From NCBI GenBank assembly GCA_963743915.1, contig CAVURN010000002.1, positions 320,001 through 384,000 on the forward strand: a stretch of DNA of 64,000 nucleotides, read 5' to 3'. The DNA is from an uncultured Actinomycetota bacterium. Lineage in GTDB: Bacteria > Actinomycetota > Actinomycetes > JAHEKZ01. The position numbers and the translations under genes were made by a program. The notes beneath the pieces are model-generated. The model ran no database searches. It worked only from the letters and a program-made list of their open reading frames with translations, and was not told the DNA's origin. Shown here one piece after another: positions 41,444-53,471 of the stretch (within the stretch, counting starts at the first letter, position 1; every line of letters starts with the position of its first letter).

Positions 41444-42304
41444 AGGCGACAGGCGTGGATGTCGGTGACGAGGATCCCGCGGGCACCGAGGTCGTAGAGC
41501 TCGTCCATCACCTTGTTCGTCTGCGGCCGCGGCACCAGAGCACGGACGGCCACCCATGCCGGGTCGTGCAGCGGCGAGATCGTGGGTGACTCGATGCCCG
41601 GGGTGATCGCACACGCCTGCTCGACCAAGGTCGACGGGACGTCGTAGTCGACGATCACGTAGGTGGCGGCCGACGATCACGCCGTTGCAGCCGTCGCTGG
41701 AGCTGGTCGAGCGCGGTCTCGACGTCCGCGGCGGCGCTGCCGTTCCCCGAGCCCCGGATGAGGACCGCCTCGCTCTGCAGGATCGGCTCGCCGAACACCT
41801 CGAGGCCGGCCTGCCGCAGGGTGGACCCGGTCTCGACGACGTCCGCCACGACGTCGGCCACCCCGAGCCGGATGGCCGTCTCCACCGCGCCGTCGAGCCG
41901 CGTGACGGAGACCTCGATGCCGTGGTCGGCCAGGTACGCCTGCGACCAGCCGGGGGTACGACGACGCCACCCGCAGCCCCTCGAGGTCGGCGATGGTGTC
42001 CGCGGTCCCGGGTCGCGCCGCGAACCGGAAGGTGGACGCCCCGAAGCCGAGTGGCATCACCTCCTCGGGCGTCGGAACCGCTGTCGAGCAGCAGGTCCCG
42101 GCCGGTGATGCCGACGTCGAGCTGCCCGGACCCCACGTAGGTGGCGATGTCGCGGGGACGGAGGAAGAAGAACTCGGTGTCGTTGTCGGGGTCGTGCAGG
42201 ACGAGCTCGCGTGCCACCGTGCGCTGCCGGTAGCCGGCCTCGCGCAGCATCCGGGAGGCCGGCTCGGAGAGCGACCCCTTGTTGGGGACGGCGACGCGGA
42301 GCAT
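41440..42304 (-). CDS. hisG: ATP phosphoribosyltransferase, long form (about four apparent +1 frameshifts)
   Basis: [34 protein letters not shown] and [13 protein letters not shown] are spread over several frames; span is 3n+4. Confidence 0.9.
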
Positions 42305-42351
42305 GGCGTCCTTCCTGAGGGCGGAGGTGGGTGCGGGTGTGGTCGGAGCGG

Positions 42352-42616
42352 TCAGAGGCGCCGGTAGACGTCCTCGAGGGACAGGTCGCAGGCGATCATC
42401 ATCACCTGCACGTGGTACAGCAGCTGGGCGAGCTCCTCGGCCGCGCGGTCGGCGCCCTCGTGCTCGGCGGCCATCCACGCCTCGGCAGCCTCCTCGACCA
42501 GCTTCTTGCCGATCGCGTGCACACCCGTCGTCGAGCAGGCGCACCGTGCCGGAGCCGTCGGGCCGGGTCAGGCTGCGCGCCTGCAGCTCGTTGAAGAGGT
42601 CGTCGAAGGTCTTCAT
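42352..42616 (-). CDS. hisE: Phosphoribosyl-ATP diphosphatase (apparent +1 frameshift near 42522)
   Basis: [10 protein letters not shown]...RPDGSGT, then [23 protein letters not shown]...QLLYH in the next frame. Confidence 0.9.
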
Positions 42617-42656
42617 GGCAGGCCCCAGCGTAGTGAGCGCACCACAGGCCGACCCG

Positions 42657-43127
42657 TCACCCTCGTCTCGTCCGCAGTCCGGTCGCCATGGCGACGGCGG
42701 CGGCGGCCGCCTCGGCGCCCTTGTCCTCGGTCGAGCCCGGCAGGCCCGCCCGGGCCAGTGCCTGCTCCTCGTCGTCACAGGTGAGGACGCCGAAGCCCAC
42801 CGGGCGTCCGCTGTCCAGCATCACTCTCAGGAGACCGTCGGTGGCGGCCCGGCACACGTACTCGAAGTGCGGAGTCCCTCCGCGCACGACCACCCCGAGG
42901 GCAACCACCGCGTCGTGCTGCTCGGCGAGCGCGGCCGCACCGAGCGGCAGCTCGAACGCCCCAGGCACGCGCAGCTCCTCCACCACGGAGACGCCGGCAG
43001 CCGCGAGGGCGCGTCGTGCGCCCTCGAGCAGCCCGTCCATCACGACGGTGTGCCACTGCGAGGCGACGACACCGACGCTGAGCCCGCTGCCGTCGACCTC
43101 CAGGTCGGGTGCTCCTGCTCCGCTCAT
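42657..43127 (-). CDS. ribH: 6,7-dimethyl-8-ribityllumazine synthase
   Basis: [24 protein letters not shown]. Confidence 0.96.
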   Translation of the reverse strand: MSGAGAPDLEVDGSGLSVGVVASQWHTVVMDGLLEGARRALAAAGVSVVEELRVPGAFELPLGAAALAEQHDAVVALGVVVRGGTPHFEYVCRAATDGLLRVMLDSGRPVGFGVLTCDDEEQALARAGLPGSTEDKGAEAAAAAVAMATGLRTRRG

Positions 43128-44374
43128 CGGGTGCCTCCTTCGGTGGGGGTGTCGAGATCCGGCAGCTCGTGCCCCATCCGGTCGCGCTTGGTCGCCAGGT
43201 AGCGCACGTTCGCGTCCGTGACCGACGGTGGCAGCGGCTCGCGGGCGACGATGGTCAGGCCGTAGCCCTCGAGACCGGCGCGCTTGGTGGGGTTGTTCGT
43301 GAGCAGCCGCATCGTGCGCACCCCGAGGTCGGCCAGGATCTGGGCCCCGGTGCCGTAGTCACGGGCATCGGCGGGCAGTCCGAGCTCGAGGTTGGCCTCG
43401 ACGGTGTCGGCGCCGGCGTCCTGCAGCTGGTAGGCGCGCAGCTTGTGCAGCAGCCCGATGCCGCGGCCCTCGTGGCCGCGCAGGTACAGCACCACCCCGC
43501 GACCCTCGTCGGCGACCCGCTGCAGGGCCGTGGCGAGCTGCGGGCCGCAGTCGCACCGGGTCGACCCGAGCACGTCACCGGTGAGGCACTCGCTGTGCAC
43601 CCGCACGAGCACGTCGTCGCCGTCGCCGATGTCGCCGCACACCAGCGCCACGTGGTCGGTGCCCGTGATGGTGTCGCGGTACCCGAAGGCGGTGAAGGTG
43701 CCGAAGCGCGTGGGCAGCTGGGTGGAGGCCACCCGCTCCACCTGGCGTTCCGTGCACCGGACGTGAGCGATGAGGTCCGCGATCGAGATCATCGTCAGGC
43801 CGTGCTCGTCCGCGAACTCCCGCAGCTGCGGTGCCCGCATCATCGAGCCGTCGTCGTGGACGATCTCGCAGATCGCTCCCGCGGGGCTGAGCCCCGCCAG
43901 GCGGGCCAGGTCCACGGCCGCCTCGGTGTGGCCCGGCCGGCGCAGCACCCCTCCCTCGGCCGCCCGCAGCGGGAAGACGTGACCGGGCCTGGTGATCTCG
44001 TTCGGCTCGGTCGCCGAGTCGGCCAGCACGCGGATGGTGTGGGCCCGGTCAGCCGCTGAGATCCCGGTCGTGATGCCGTCGCGGGAGTCGACGCTGACGG
44101 CGTACGCCGTTCCCTTGCGGTCCTCGTTGACCATGGTCATCGGGGGCAGGGCGAGCCGGTCGAGGTCGGGGCCGGTCATGGCCACGCAGATGACGCCGGA
44201 CGTGTGGCGGATCATGAAGCCCGCCAGCTCCGGGGTGGCACGCTGCGCGGCGAAGATGAGGTCGCCCTCGTTCTCGCGGTCCTCGTCGTCGACGACGACA
44301 ACAGCGCGGCCGACGGCGATGTCCGCGATGGCCTGCTCGACCGGATCGAGCCGCAGGGGGACGGTGGTGGCCAT
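43124..44374 (-). CDS. ribBA: Bifunctional DHBP synthase / GTP cyclohydrolase II
   Basis: [46 protein letters not shown]. Confidence 0.96.
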   Translation of the reverse strand: MATTVPLRLDPVEQAIADIAVGRAVVVVDDEDRENEGDLIFAAQRATPELAGFMIRHTSGVICVAMTGPDLDRLALPPMTMVNEDRKGTAYAVSVDSRDGITTGISAADRAHTIRVLADSATEPNEITRPGHVFPLRAAEGGVLRRPGHTEAAVDLARLAGLSPAGAICEIVHDDGSMMRAPQLREFADEHGLTMISIADLIAHVRCTERQVERVASTQLPTRFGTFTAFGYRDTITGTDHVALVCGDIGDGDDVLVRVHSECLTGDVLGSTRCDCGPQLATALQRVADEGRGVVLYLRGHEGRGIGLLHKLRAYQLQDAGADTVEANLELGLPADARDYGTGAQILADLGVRTMRLLTNNPTKRAGLEGYGLTIVAREPLPPSVTDANVRYLATKRDRMGHELPDLDTPTEGGTR

Positions 44375-44967
44375 CAGCGGTCTCCTCGCATCATCTGCTC
44401 CACGTACTTGGCCACGACGTCGACCTCCAGGTTCACCGGGTCACCGGGTTGTCTGCTGCCCAGAGTGGTGAGCGCGAGCGTCGCGGGGATCAGGCTCACG
44501 GTGAAGGTGCCCTCACCGAGCGCAGCCACCGTCAGCGACACCCCGTCGACCGTGATGGAGCCCTTCTCCACGACGTACCGGTTCAGGTCGGGAGGCAGCG
44601 AGATCTCGACGAGCTCCCAGCTCTCGCCGGGCGTGCGCCGCACGATCGTGGCTGTCGCGTCGACGTGCCCCTGCACCAGGTGCCCGCCGAGCCGCGACTG
44701 GAGGGTCAGCGGCCGTTCCAGGTTCACCGGCGAACCGGGTCGCAGGACGCCCAGGCTCGAGCGCTGCAGCGTCTCCTCCATCACGTCGGCGGTGAAGGTG
44801 CCGTCCTCGACCGAGGTGACGGTCAGGCACACCCCGTTCACCGCGATGGAGTCGCCGTGTCCGGCGTCCTCGGTCACGAGTGGACCGCGGATCCGCACGG
44901 CGGCCGATGCCGCTCCATGCTCGACCGTGACGACCTCGCCGAGCTCCTCGACGATCCCTGTGAACAT
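44374..44967 (-). CDS. ribE: Riboflavin synthase
   Basis: [36 protein letters not shown]. Confidence 0.96.
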   Translation of the reverse strand: MFTGIVEELGEVVTVEHGAASAAVRIRGPLVTEDAGHGDSIAVNGVCLTVTSVEDGTFTADVMEETLQRSSLGVLRPGSPVNLERPLTLQSRLGGHLVQGHVDATATIVRRTPGESWELVEISLPPDLNRYVVEKGSITVDGVSLTVAALGEGTFTVSLIPATLALTTLGSRQPGDPVNLEVDVVAKYVEQMMRGDR

Positions 44968-46012
44968 CTAGTCATCTCCCTCGAAGCGTGGCGCGTCCGG
45001 GTGCAGGAGCGCCGTCCATCGGATGTCGGGGCCGACGCGGCGCACGTCGTCGAGCTCGAGCCGTCTGACGTCGCCGATCGTGGCCACGCCGAGGTCGCCG
45101 ATCAGCGACGGACCGGCACCGAGCAGCGCAGGGGCCACGAAGCCCACCATGCGGTCCACCAGGCCGGCACGGAGAAAGGCGGCCGCCAGTGTCGGCCCCC
45201 CTTCGAGCAGGACGTGCTGCACGTCGCGGTCCACGAGCGACGTCAGGAGCCCTTCGACATCGTGACCGGGGACCAGAATCGTCGGTGCGGCGTCGTCCAG
45301 CACGCGCGAGGACGCCGGCAGCGCGCGGTCCCCGAGGACGACGCGGAGAGGTTGGTGGGGCAGCAGGGAGCCGTCGGTGTCCCGTGCGGTGAGGTGCGGG
45401 TCGTCGACGAGGGCGGTACCGGTGCCGACCACCACCGCATCGACCTCGGCCCGCAACCGGTGCACCTGCGCGCGTGCCTCGGCCCCGGTGATCCACCGGC
45501 TGGTGCCGTCGGCCGCTGCCGTCCGGCCGTCGAGGGTGGAGGCGGTCTTGAGGGTCACCAGGGGTCGGCCGTGCTCCAGCGCGAACGACCAGACCCGGTT
45601 GAGGCCGGCCGCCTCGTCCTCCCGCAGACCTCCTTCGACGGAGAGCCCGGCAGCGCGGAGCGCCTCGGCCCCGCCGCGGGCGACGGGGTTGATGTCGTGC
45701 TGTCCGAAGACGACCCGCGCCACGCCGGCGTCGAGCAGCGCTTGCGTGCAAGGACCGGTACGGCCTCTGGTGGTGGCACGGCTCGAGGGTGACGACGACG
45801 GTGGCGCCGCGCGCTGCGACCCCCGCGGCGGTGAGGGCGTCGATCTCGGCGTGCGGCGTACCAGCGCCACGGTGGAAGCCTTCACCGACCACGCGTCCGT
45901 CGTCGTCGAGCACGACGGCACCGACGCGGGGATTGGGGCCTCGCGGCACGCCCGGGGTGGCCGCCAGGAGCAACGCGCGCTGCATCGCTGCGCGTTCGGC
46001 GTCGCTGGCCAT
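44968..46012 (-). CDS. ribD: Riboflavin biosynthesis deaminase/reductase RibD (apparent +1 frameshift near 45770)
   Basis: [11 protein letters not shown] and TLEPCHH in one frame; GRTGPC, ASTLDG, WITG and LEGGPTL in the next. Confidence 0.93.
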
Positions 46013-46107
46013 GCCCGGCTCCCGTCGGTTCAGGCTCCGGGGTCGGACGGGTGCAAGGACGCACCTCGGGGCCGGGCCTCCGAGCCGCTGCCCGGACGCC
46101 AGACCAC

Positions 46108-46233
46108 GCACGCGCCTCCCATCCGGACTTTGACCGTCGGCCTCGGAGTTCCACCGAGTCAACCGGTCACTGGAGGTGACCGGGTCGCGGGCTGTAACCG
46201 CCGGTTCGGAGTTGCACCGACCCCGGAGCGTGC
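46108..46233 (-). ncRNA. FMN riboswitch (RFN element)
   Basis: GGGGTCGGTGCAACTCCGAACCGGCGGT..AGCCCGCGA..GACTCGGTGGAACTCCGAGGCCGACGGT..AGTCCGGATGGGAG upstream of ribD. Confidence 0.95.
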
Positions 46234-46306
46234 TTCGCGGGTCAGTCTCTCACAGCGGCCGTGCGCCCGGCATCCCCGCGCGCCTTCGCTGCTGACCCGC
46301 GACCGG

Positions 46307-46972
46307 CTATCCGGCGGCCGCCTCGGCGGCCTTGCGCAGCTCGGCGACCATGGCGCCGGGGTCTTCGGCGGAGTACACGGCAGAGCCGGCGACGAAGACG
46401 TCCGCACCGGCAGCTGCCGCTCGCTCGATGGTGGCCTCGGAGATGCCACCGTCGACCTGCAGCCACACCGCGGAACCCTGGTCCCGCAGCAGGGCCCGGG
46501 CCCGCTCGATCTTCGGCAGCACGACGTCGAGGAAGGGCTGGCCCCCGAACCCGGGTTCGACGGTCATGAGCAGCACCATGTCCAGCTCGGGGAACAGGTC
46601 CGCATACGGCTCCACCGGGGTCGCCGGCTTGAGCGCCATGCCGGCACGCGCTCCGGCTCTGCGCAGCTCGCGGGCGAGCCGCACCGGTGCGCCGGCCGCT
46701 TCGACGTGGAAGGTGACCGACGCCGCCCCGGCCTCGACGTAGGCGGGTGCCCAGCGGTCGGGGTCCTCGATCATCAGGTGGCAGTCGAGGGGCAGCCGGG
46801 AGACCGCGGCCAGCCGCTCGACGATGGGCACGCCCAGGGTGAGGTTGGGGACGAAGTGGTTGTCCATCACGTCGACGTGGACCCAGTCGGCGGTGTCCGC
46901 GATGCTCTCGACCTCGTCGGCCAACCGGGTGAAGTCGGCCGTCAGGATGCTCGGCGCGATCTGGATGCCCAC
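46307..46972 (-). CDS. rpe: Ribulose-phosphate 3-epimerase
   Basis: [40 protein letters not shown]; leaderless (TAGACT plus 6 nt). Confidence 0.96.
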   Translation of the reverse strand: MGIQIAPSILTADFTRLADEVESIADTADWVHVDVMDNHFVPNLTLGVPIVERLAAVSRLPLDCHLMIEDPDRWAPAYVEAGAASVTFHVEAAGAPVRLARELRRAGARAGMALKPATPVEPYADLFPELDMVLLMTVEPGFGGQPFLDVVLPKIERARALLRDQGSAVWLQVDGGISEATIERAAAAGADVFVAGSAVYSAEDPGAMVAELRKAAEAAAG

Positions 46973-47105
46973 GGGCGGAGTCTAAGCCGGTCACGCGCCC
47001 GGCAGCGGGGGCGGCCCGCCGCACATTGCTCCATCCGGGAGACAGGCGGGCCGACTCGGTGGCGCAGCGCGCCACCGTCGGTCACGATGGAACCAGGGAG
47101 GGGAC

Positions 47106-48327
47106 ATGGGGGGAAACACCAGCGTCGGGGGGCCGCGGCTCGTCGACCGCGTCCTCGCCGTGCCCTCCGGGTTCACCGGAGCGGAGCGACGCCGTGCGCG
47201 GACGCTGCTCGGGATCTCCAGCGCGCTGGCAGTGGCCGCGGTGCCGGTCGCCGTTCTGGTGGGTCTCACGCTGCCCGACCCGACGCGCAGCGTCCCGGTC
47301 GTCCTCGTGGGTCTGGTGTTCTACGGGGTCATCCGCACGCTCGTCGCGCGCTCGCACGGCACGGCAGCGGCGTGGGTCTTCCTCGGCTACTTCGTGCTGG
47401 TTCCCGTCAACGGCGTCATCACCGACGGTGCCCCGCTCGCCATCGACGTGCTCTTCCTCCCGGTGATCCCGATCCTCGCCGCCCTCGTGCTTCCCCTGCG
47501 ACATGTCGTCCTCGCCTTTGCGTTGGCGATTCTCGAGCTCGGCCTCGTGGCAGCGTGGTCCCCGGACGCGGCGTACGACTCCGCCGACCTCAGCGTGTAC
47601 GTGGTGATCCTGCTGGCCATCTGCGGATCGGCCGCTCTCGCCCTGTCGGTGATCATCGATGGTGCCTTCGTCGAGGTCGACACCACCAGGGTCGAGGCCC
47701 AGAGGTTGGCCGACGAGCTGCAGGTGGCCAACAGCGAGCTGGAGGTGCGCGTCCGGTCCCGCACCGCTCGAGCTCGCCGAGGCGTTGCAGCGCGAGCAGC
47801 GGCTCAGCGCCCAGCTCGCCGAGCTGTCGGTCCGTGACTCCCTCACCGGACTGCACAACCGACGGCACATGGACGAGTCGATCGACCAGATGTTCCGTTA
47901 CGCCCAACGCAGTGGGAGCCCACTCAGCGTCGCCATCATCGACCTCGACGACTTCAAACGCATCAATGACGAGTACACGCACCTGGTGGGTGACCAGGTG
48001 CTGCGCGAGGCCGCGACCGTCATGGCTGCGTGCGTCCGTGGCGCCGACGAGCTGGTCCGCATGGGAGGCGAGGAGTTCGCGCTGCTCATGCCTGGCACGT
48101 CGTCGGGCGAGGCCATCACGGTCTGCGAGCGGATGCGACGTTCCCTCGAGACCCACGACTGGTCCACGGTGAAACCCGGCGCCCGGGTGACCGCGAGCTT
48201 CGGTGTCGCCACCAGCGGAACCAGCCGCGAGGTCTCCACGCTCATGCGTCACGCCGACGAGCAGCTGCTCAAGGCCAAGCGCAGCGGAAAGAACCGCGTG
48301 CTCTGCGCCACGGCGGAGGTGGCCTGA
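47106..48327 (+). CDS. Membrane-bound diguanylate cyclase (apparent +1 frameshift near 47770)
   Basis: About 5-6 TM N-terminus and coiled coil (ELEVRVRSRT), then DSLTGLHNRR, DLDDFKRIND and RMGGEEF in the next frame. Confidence 0.85.
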
Positions 48328-48342
48328 TCCGACCCCTCGCCC

Positions 48343-49740
48343 TCAGCTGCGGCGACGGAGCAGAGCCAGGTACATCGCATCGGTGCCGTGCCGGTGCGGC
48401 CACAGCTGCACGTCCGGTCCCGGCCCGAGGAAGGGCAGCTCGGCCGGCAGGCAGCTCCGCGCGTCGAGCGGCTCGAAAGCGTCAGGGAGCGCCTCTCGTA
48501 CGGCTCCGACGACCTCGACCGTCTCCTCCAGCAGCGGTGAGCACGTGACGTATCCGACCACCCCGCCGGGTCGCACCAGCCGCAGCGCGTTCTCGAGCAG
48601 CCGACGCTGCAAGGTGACGAGGTCCGGCAGGTCGCCGACGCGTCTGCGCCACCGTGCCTCCGGCCGACGACGCAACGCTCCCGTCCCCGTGCAGGGGGCG
48701 TCCAGCAGCACCCGGTCGTACCGGCCGGCTGCCTGCTCGCCCACGACGGGATCTGCTGCATCGACCACGCGCACGGTCGCGGAGCCGTAGCCGGCGACTG
48801 CCTGCTCCACCAGGCGGGCCCGGTGCGGCTGCAGCTCCCAGGCGTCGAGCGTCGCACGGCTCTGGGTGCCCAGGGCGGCCAGCAGCGCGGCCTTGCCCCC
48901 GGGCCCTGCGCACATGTCGAGCCATCGCTCCGGGCTTGCCGGACCACCGGCGGCGACCACCGGGGCCGCGAGCAGGGCAGCGGCCACGAGCTGGCTGCCT
49001 TCGTCCTGGACGCCGGCCCGGTGCTCGCGCACCGCGGGCAGCTGACCCGGGTCACCGCCCGGCCAGACGACCGCCCACGGTGACCAGCGTCCCGGTTCTC
49101 CCCCGGCGCTGACCAGCTCGGACACGTCGCAGCGTCCGGGGCGAGCGACCAGCGTGACCGCCGGGCTCCGGTTGTCGGCGGCGAGGAGCGCCTCGAGCTC
49201 GCCGGCGCCGTCCCGGGCCACCAGGGCCCGGTCGAAGGCCTCCACGACCCAGCGCGGGTGGGCATGCCGGAGGGCGAGCCCGTCGAGAGGGTCGTGGTGC
49301 GGGTCGTCGGCGAGCAGCGCGTCGACCCACGCGTCGTAGTCCTTGCTACTGATGCGGCGGAGCACGGCGTTGACGAAACCTGCCCGTCCAGCCCCGAGCT
49401 CGCGCCTGGCGAGGGTCACGGTGGTGGCGACAGCGGCGTGCGGCGGCACCTGCATACCGAGGAGCTGGTGGGTACCCAGCCGTAACAGGTCGCGCACCGG
49501 GGGGTCGACGCCGTCCCAGGGGCGGTCGATGCTGGCAGCAGCGATCCGGTCGTACGTACCCGAACGACGGAGGGTCCCGTAGGTGAGCTCGGTGGCAAAG
49601 GCCGCATCGCGTCCGGCCAGACCGGCCTTCCGCAGCCGTCGCGGGAGCAGCAGGTTCGCGTACGCGCTCCGTTCGGAGACGGCGCGCAGCACGCTGAACG
49701 CCACGGCCCGGGCGGAGTCGTCGGGCGGCTGGGGTGTCAC
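48343..49740 (-). CDS. rsmB: RsmB/Sun rRNA m5C methyltransferase
   Basis: NusB-like N-terminus, [27 protein letters not shown]. Confidence 0.92.
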   Translation of the reverse strand: MTPQPPDDSARAVAFSVLRAVSERSAYANLLLPRRLRKAGLAGRDAAFATELTYGTLRRSGTYDRIAAASIDRPWDGVDPPVRDLLRLGTHQLLGMQVPPHAAVATTVTLARRELGAGRAGFVNAVLRRISSKDYDAWVDALLADDPHHDPLDGLALRHAHPRWVVEAFDRALVARDGAGELEALLAADNRSPAVTLVARPGRCDVSELVSAGGEPGRWSPWAVVWPGGDPGQLPAVREHRAGVQDEGSQLVAAALLAAPVVAAGGPASPERWLDMCAGPGGKAALLAALGTQSRATLDAWELQPHRARLVEQAVAGYGSATVRVVDAADPVVGEQAAGRYDRVLLDAPCTGTGALRRRPEARWRRRVGDLPDLVTLQRRLLENALRLVRPGGVVGYVTCSPLLEETVEVVGAVREALPDAFEPLDARSCLPAELPFLGPGPDVQLWPHRHGTDAMYLALLRRRS

Positions 49741-50684
49741 GAGAAGCGCTCGTCACCGACGAGTCGGGCACCACGCGCCCAGTCGGAGGCGGCCATCGGT
49801 CGCCTGCCGGCCGGGCGCACCTGTCCGAGCTCGACGGGCACCGACCCGGTGCCGACGTAGACCGCACCCTTTGTCACCGCCACCTGGCCCGGGGAGAGGG
49901 GGTCGATCCCTGCATCCCGCAGGTCGGTGGAGGCGTCGCTGGAGGCAAGGCGCAGCAGTCCGAGCCGGACGCCGGCGACCTCGCTCCAGGCGCCGGGCGC
50001 CGGGGTGCACGCACGGATCCGTCGGTCGACGGCAAGGGCGGGATCGGTCCAGCGGACCCGCGCGTCCGCGGTCGTCAGCTTCGGCGCGTGACTGACGTCC
50101 GCGGCCGACTGCGGCACCGGACGGAGCTCGCCGCTGGCGATGCCGTCGATCGTCTGGGCCAGCAGCTCGGCTCCGCTCGTCGCCAGGCGGGCCAGCAGGT
50201 CACCGGCGGTGTCGGAGGGCCGGACGGTCTCGGTGACCGTCCCGTAGACCGGTCCGGTGTCCAGTCCCTCCTCCAGCAGGAAGGTGGAGGCACCGGTGAC
50301 CTCATCCCCGTGCAGCAGCGCATGCTGCACCGGTGCTGCGCCGCGCCACGCCGGGAGCAGCGAGAAGTGCAGGTTGACCCACCCGTGCGGCGGGAGCGTC
50401 AACAGCGGACGTGGGACGAGACCGCCGTACGCGACCACCGGACAGCAGTCCGGGGAGAGGGCCGCGATCTCGCCAGCTGTCTCGGCGTTGAGCGCTGCCG
50501 GCCGCAGCACGGGAAGTCCGAGCTCCGACGCACGCCGCGCCACAGGAGACGGCTCGAGGCGGCGTCCCCGTCGCGACGGCGCGTCCGGCCGGGTGAGCAC
50601 ACCGACGACCTCGTGGGGCGAGGCGAGCAGCCGCTCCAGGGACGGAAGGGCGACGTCAGGCGTTCCGGCGAAGAGGAGACGCAT
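49737..50684 (-). CDS. fmt: Methionyl-tRNA formyltransferase
   Basis: [26 protein letters not shown]. Confidence 0.96.
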   Translation of the reverse strand: MRLLFAGTPDVALPSLERLLASPHEVVGVLTRPDAPSRRGRRLEPSPVARRASELGLPVLRPAALNAETAGEIAALSPDCCPVVAYGGLVPRPLLTLPPHGWVNLHFSLLPAWRGAAPVQHALLHGDEVTGASTFLLEEGLDTGPVYGTVTETVRPSDTAGDLLARLATSGAELLAQTIDGIASGELRPVPQSAADVSHAPKLTTADARVRWTDPALAVDRRIRACTPAPGAWSEVAGVRLGLLRLASSDASTDLRDAGIDPLSPGQVAVTKGAVYVGTGSVPVELGQVRPAGRRPMAASDWARGARLVGDERFS

Positions 50685-50695
50685 GGACGGCGGAC

Positions 50696-51241
50696 TCAGA
50701 GGGCGACGCCGCGGGTGGGGTGGGGACTGACCTTGACCGTGGGCACCGGTCCCCCCGCCCACTCCGCCTCGCGGATCGCCTTCATGGCCGCCTTGCGCTG
50801 CTCCTGGTCGAGCCGGTCGATGAACAAGATCCCGTCGAGGTGGTCGGTCTCGTGCTGCACGCAGCGCGCGAGCAGCTCGGTTCCCTCGATCACCACCGGG
50901 TCGCCGTACATGTTGAATCCCTTGGCCACGACACCGAAGGCGCGCCTGCAGTCGAACGTCAGCCCGGGGAGCGAAAGACACCCCTCCTCGCCGTCCTGTG
51001 TCTCCTCGGTGAGGTCGAGGGTCGGGTTGACCAGGTGTCCGACCACGTCGTCGACGTCGTACGTGAAGACCCGCAAGGAGACCCCGAGCTGGGGTGCGGC
51101 GAGACCGACTCCAGGCGCGTCGAGCATGGTCTCGGTGAGGTCCTTGACCAGCGTCCGCAGCTCCTTGTCGAAGTCGACCACCGGCTGCGCCGGCATGCGC
51201 AGCACCGGGTCGCCGAAGAGCCGGATGGGTTGGACGGTCAT
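50696..51241 (-). CDS. def: Peptide deformylase
   Basis: [22 protein letters not shown]; TAGACT 7 nt before the ATG. Confidence 0.97.
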   Translation of the reverse strand: MTVQPIRLFGDPVLRMPAQPVVDFDKELRTLVKDLTETMLDAPGVGLAAPQLGVSLRVFTYDVDDVVGHLVNPTLDLTEETQDGEEGCLSLPGLTFDCRRAFGVVAKGFNMYGDPVVIEGTELLARCVQHETDHLDGILFIDRLDQEQRKAAMKAIREAEWAGGPVPTVKVSPHPTRGVAL

Positions 51242-51280
51242 GCAGATCAGTCTAATGATCGCCGCGGCAGCAGCTGGTCT

Positions 51281-51332
51281 CAGCGTCAGGTCACAGCGTC
51301 AGGTCACAGCGTCAAGTCACAGGGCCAGGTCA
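51281..51332. repeat. Four tandem 13-bp units (CAGCGTCAGGTCA consensus) overlapping the priA stop
   Basis: 51281-93, 51294-306, 51307-19, 51320-32. Confidence 0.85.
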
Positions 51333-53422
51333 CTGGGATCGACCTGGACGCGGGGCACCCGGTGCTTGCGCACGGTGATCTGACCCAGGGCGCGCCGGAG
51401 CGCGAGCGCCAGCTCCGAGGCGCGCTGCGGCGGTGCGGCGAGCATCCAGGTGGCCTGGGCCTCGTCTCCCCCGGTCGGCCGGGCGACCGGTCCGTAGGTG
51501 TCCGTGCCCTCCGGGAGCTCGAGCAACTCGCGGAGCTCGGCGACCGCCGCGGTGCCACCGGAGACCACCGCGAAGCGACGACCGGGGGGCAGTCCGAGCG
51601 CCTGGCGGTCGGCGAGCTCGTGGCCGGCGAAGCCGACCGGGTCCCACCGCACCAACGCCTGGACCACCCGCATGGCCGCGTCGGCCACGACCACGACCTG
51701 GCCGCCGGCCTCCGAGCTGCGGACCAGGGCTGCCGCGGCGACCCACCGACGCAGTGCCTCTTCGTCGGCCCGCAGGTCGGCCCGACCGACGAGCGCCCAG
51801 GTGTCGAGCAGCAGAGCCGCTGCGTAGCCGCCCGGTGCCAAGGGCTCGGCGCCCGGCGTCGCTACCACCAACGAGGGCTCGGCATCGACCTGGCGAAGGA
51901 CGTCGCGACCGCCGGAGGTGATCACCGGCACCCCAGGGAACGCGCGCCCCAGCTCTTCGGCGGTGCGACGAGCGCCGACGACTGCAGCACGCAGCTGGTC
52001 GTGCCCACACTCGGTGCAGCGGAACCCGGCGACCACGGTCGCGCACCACTGGCAGGCCGGGGTCCCGCCTGCCGACGGGACGCCGACCGGGCCCTGACAC
52101 TGCGCGCACCGTACGCGTGACCGGCACCGGCCGCACACCACTGCCGGCAGGTAGCCGCGTCGGGGCACCTGCACGAGGACCGGGCCCCGGGTGAGGCCGT
52201 CGTGGGCGGCCCTCCAGGCGACCGAGGGCAGCCGCGCGGCAGCCGCGAGCGGGTCGCGGTCGGAGTGCGCGTCGCTGCTGGCGCGCACGCGTGGGGCGGA
52301 TCGCCGGACCTCGGCGCGGTCCGGTGACACCGGCTCGAGGAAGCCGCGCTCCACCATCGCGGCCACCTCGGTGCTGCGGGTGTAGCCGCCGATCAGCAGC
52401 GCGCTGCCGCTCTGGTGCACCCGTAGCGCGGCGACCTCGCGCACGTGCGGGTACGGCGCGCGGGGCTCGGCGTGGAGGTCGTCGCCGTCATCCCACACGA
52501 CGACGAGGCCGAGCCGTGCCACGGGCGCATACACCGCGGCGCGGGTGCCGACCACGACCGACGCCTGTCCGCGCAGCACCCGGAGCCACCGGCGGTAACG
52601 CTCCCGCGGACCGAGATCGGCGGTGAGGACGACGTGCTCGACCTGCGCCGCGGTGAGGGCGGAGGCCATCTGCTGGACGTCTCGGTGGTCGGGCACGACG
52701 ACCAGCACCCCGCGACCGGCGGCGGCGGTGGTGGCCACGGCGGCCACGACAGCACCGATCCAGTGGAGCGGCCGGTCGTCGGACGGTGGCCCGGGCAAGG
52801 TCGTCCAGGCCGCACGCGGGCGTCGGCCCTCCGCCAGGGCGCGGAGGAAGGCCGGCCCACGGCGGTAGCGCGCCCAAGGTTCGTCGTCGACGCGTGGCAC
52901 CAGAAGCTGCTCGGGTCGCGCCGGATCCGCGGTGGCCTCGCGTTCGACGGCGGCGTGGCGCGGAGGCACCGCCAGCCGCAGCACGTCGGCGAGGGTACCC
53001 GCGTACCGGTCGGCCACTGCCCGGGCCAGCCGGAGGACCTCAGGGGTGAGCACCGGCTCGGGTGAGAGGACCGACGCCAAGGGACTGAGTCGACCGCCGT
53101 GCTCGCTGGTCGCCAACCGTTCGAGCAGGAACCCGTCGACCAGCTGCCCGGCGAACCGCACCCGCACCCGGCAGCCCGGGACCGCCGAGGCGTCCTGCGC
53201 CTCGGTGACGAGGTAGTCGAAGGGACGGTCGAGGTGGGCGAGCGGCACATCGACGGCGACCCGCGCCACCGGCAGCAGCTCGGCCACCGGACGCGCGGTG
53301 GAGGGTCCCGCCCGCCGGGCGCGCGCCGCCCGGCGGCGCACCGCCGCCTGCGGAAGGTCGGACAGACGCAGCTGCTCACCCTGTTCGCCGCCGGGCGGTG
53401 CGGGCGCGGGGCTGTCGGTCAC
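51317..53422 (-). CDS. priA: Primosomal protein N' (actinobacterial type)
   Basis: HLDRPFDY, GCRVRVRF, GTRAAVYAP, EPRAPYPHVREV, four CxxC motifs; position between metK and def. Confidence 0.93.
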   Translation of the reverse strand: MTDSPAPAPPGGEQGEQLRLSDLPQAAVRRRAARARRAGPSTARPVAELLPVARVAVDVPLAHLDRPFDYLVTEAQDASAVPGCRVRVRFAGQLVDGFLLERLATSEHGGRLSPLASVLSPEPVLTPEVLRLARAVADRYAGTLADVLRLAVPPRHAAVEREATADPARPEQLLVPRVDDEPWARYRRGPAFLRALAEGRRPRAAWTTLPGPPSDDRPLHWIGAVVAAVATTAAAGRGVLVVVPDHRDVQQMASALTAAQVEHVVLTADLGPRERYRRWLRVLRGQASVVVGTRAAVYAPVARLGLVVVWDDGDDLHAEPRAPYPHVREVAALRVHQSGSALLIGGYTRSTEVAAMVERGFLEPVSPDRAEVRRSAPRVRASSDAHSDRDPLAAAARLPSVAWRAAHDGLTRGPVLVQVPRRGYLPAVVCGRCRSRVRCAQCQGPVGVPSAGGTPACQWCATVVAGFRCTECGHDQLRAAVVGARRTAEELGRAFPGVPVITSGGRDVLRQVDAEPSLVVATPGAEPLAPGGYAAALLLDTWALVGRADLRADEEALRRWVAAAALVRSSEAGGQVVVVADAAMRVVQALVRWDPVGFAGHELADRQALGLPPGRRFAVVSGGTAAVAELRELLELPEGTDTYGPVARPTGGDEAQATWMLAAPPQRASELALALRRALGQITVRKHRVPRVQVDPSDLAL

Positions 53423-53471
53423 GACGGAGTTCTACCGGTCGGGACCGACGAGGTCGGGCCGGATCCCGGCG

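Noticed and set aside
40610-42778. 722-aa ORF joining HisE, HisG and SseB pieces
   Set aside because: Chance product of several +1 indels in stop-poor high-GC DNA; the intervening stretches are off-frame.
45377-48172. 931-aa and other long antisense or alternative-frame ORFs (e.g. 4739-6862, 30168-32315, 60949-63225)
   Set aside because: Arg/Pro/Ala-rich or mirror frames of real genes, typical of high-GC shadow ORFs.
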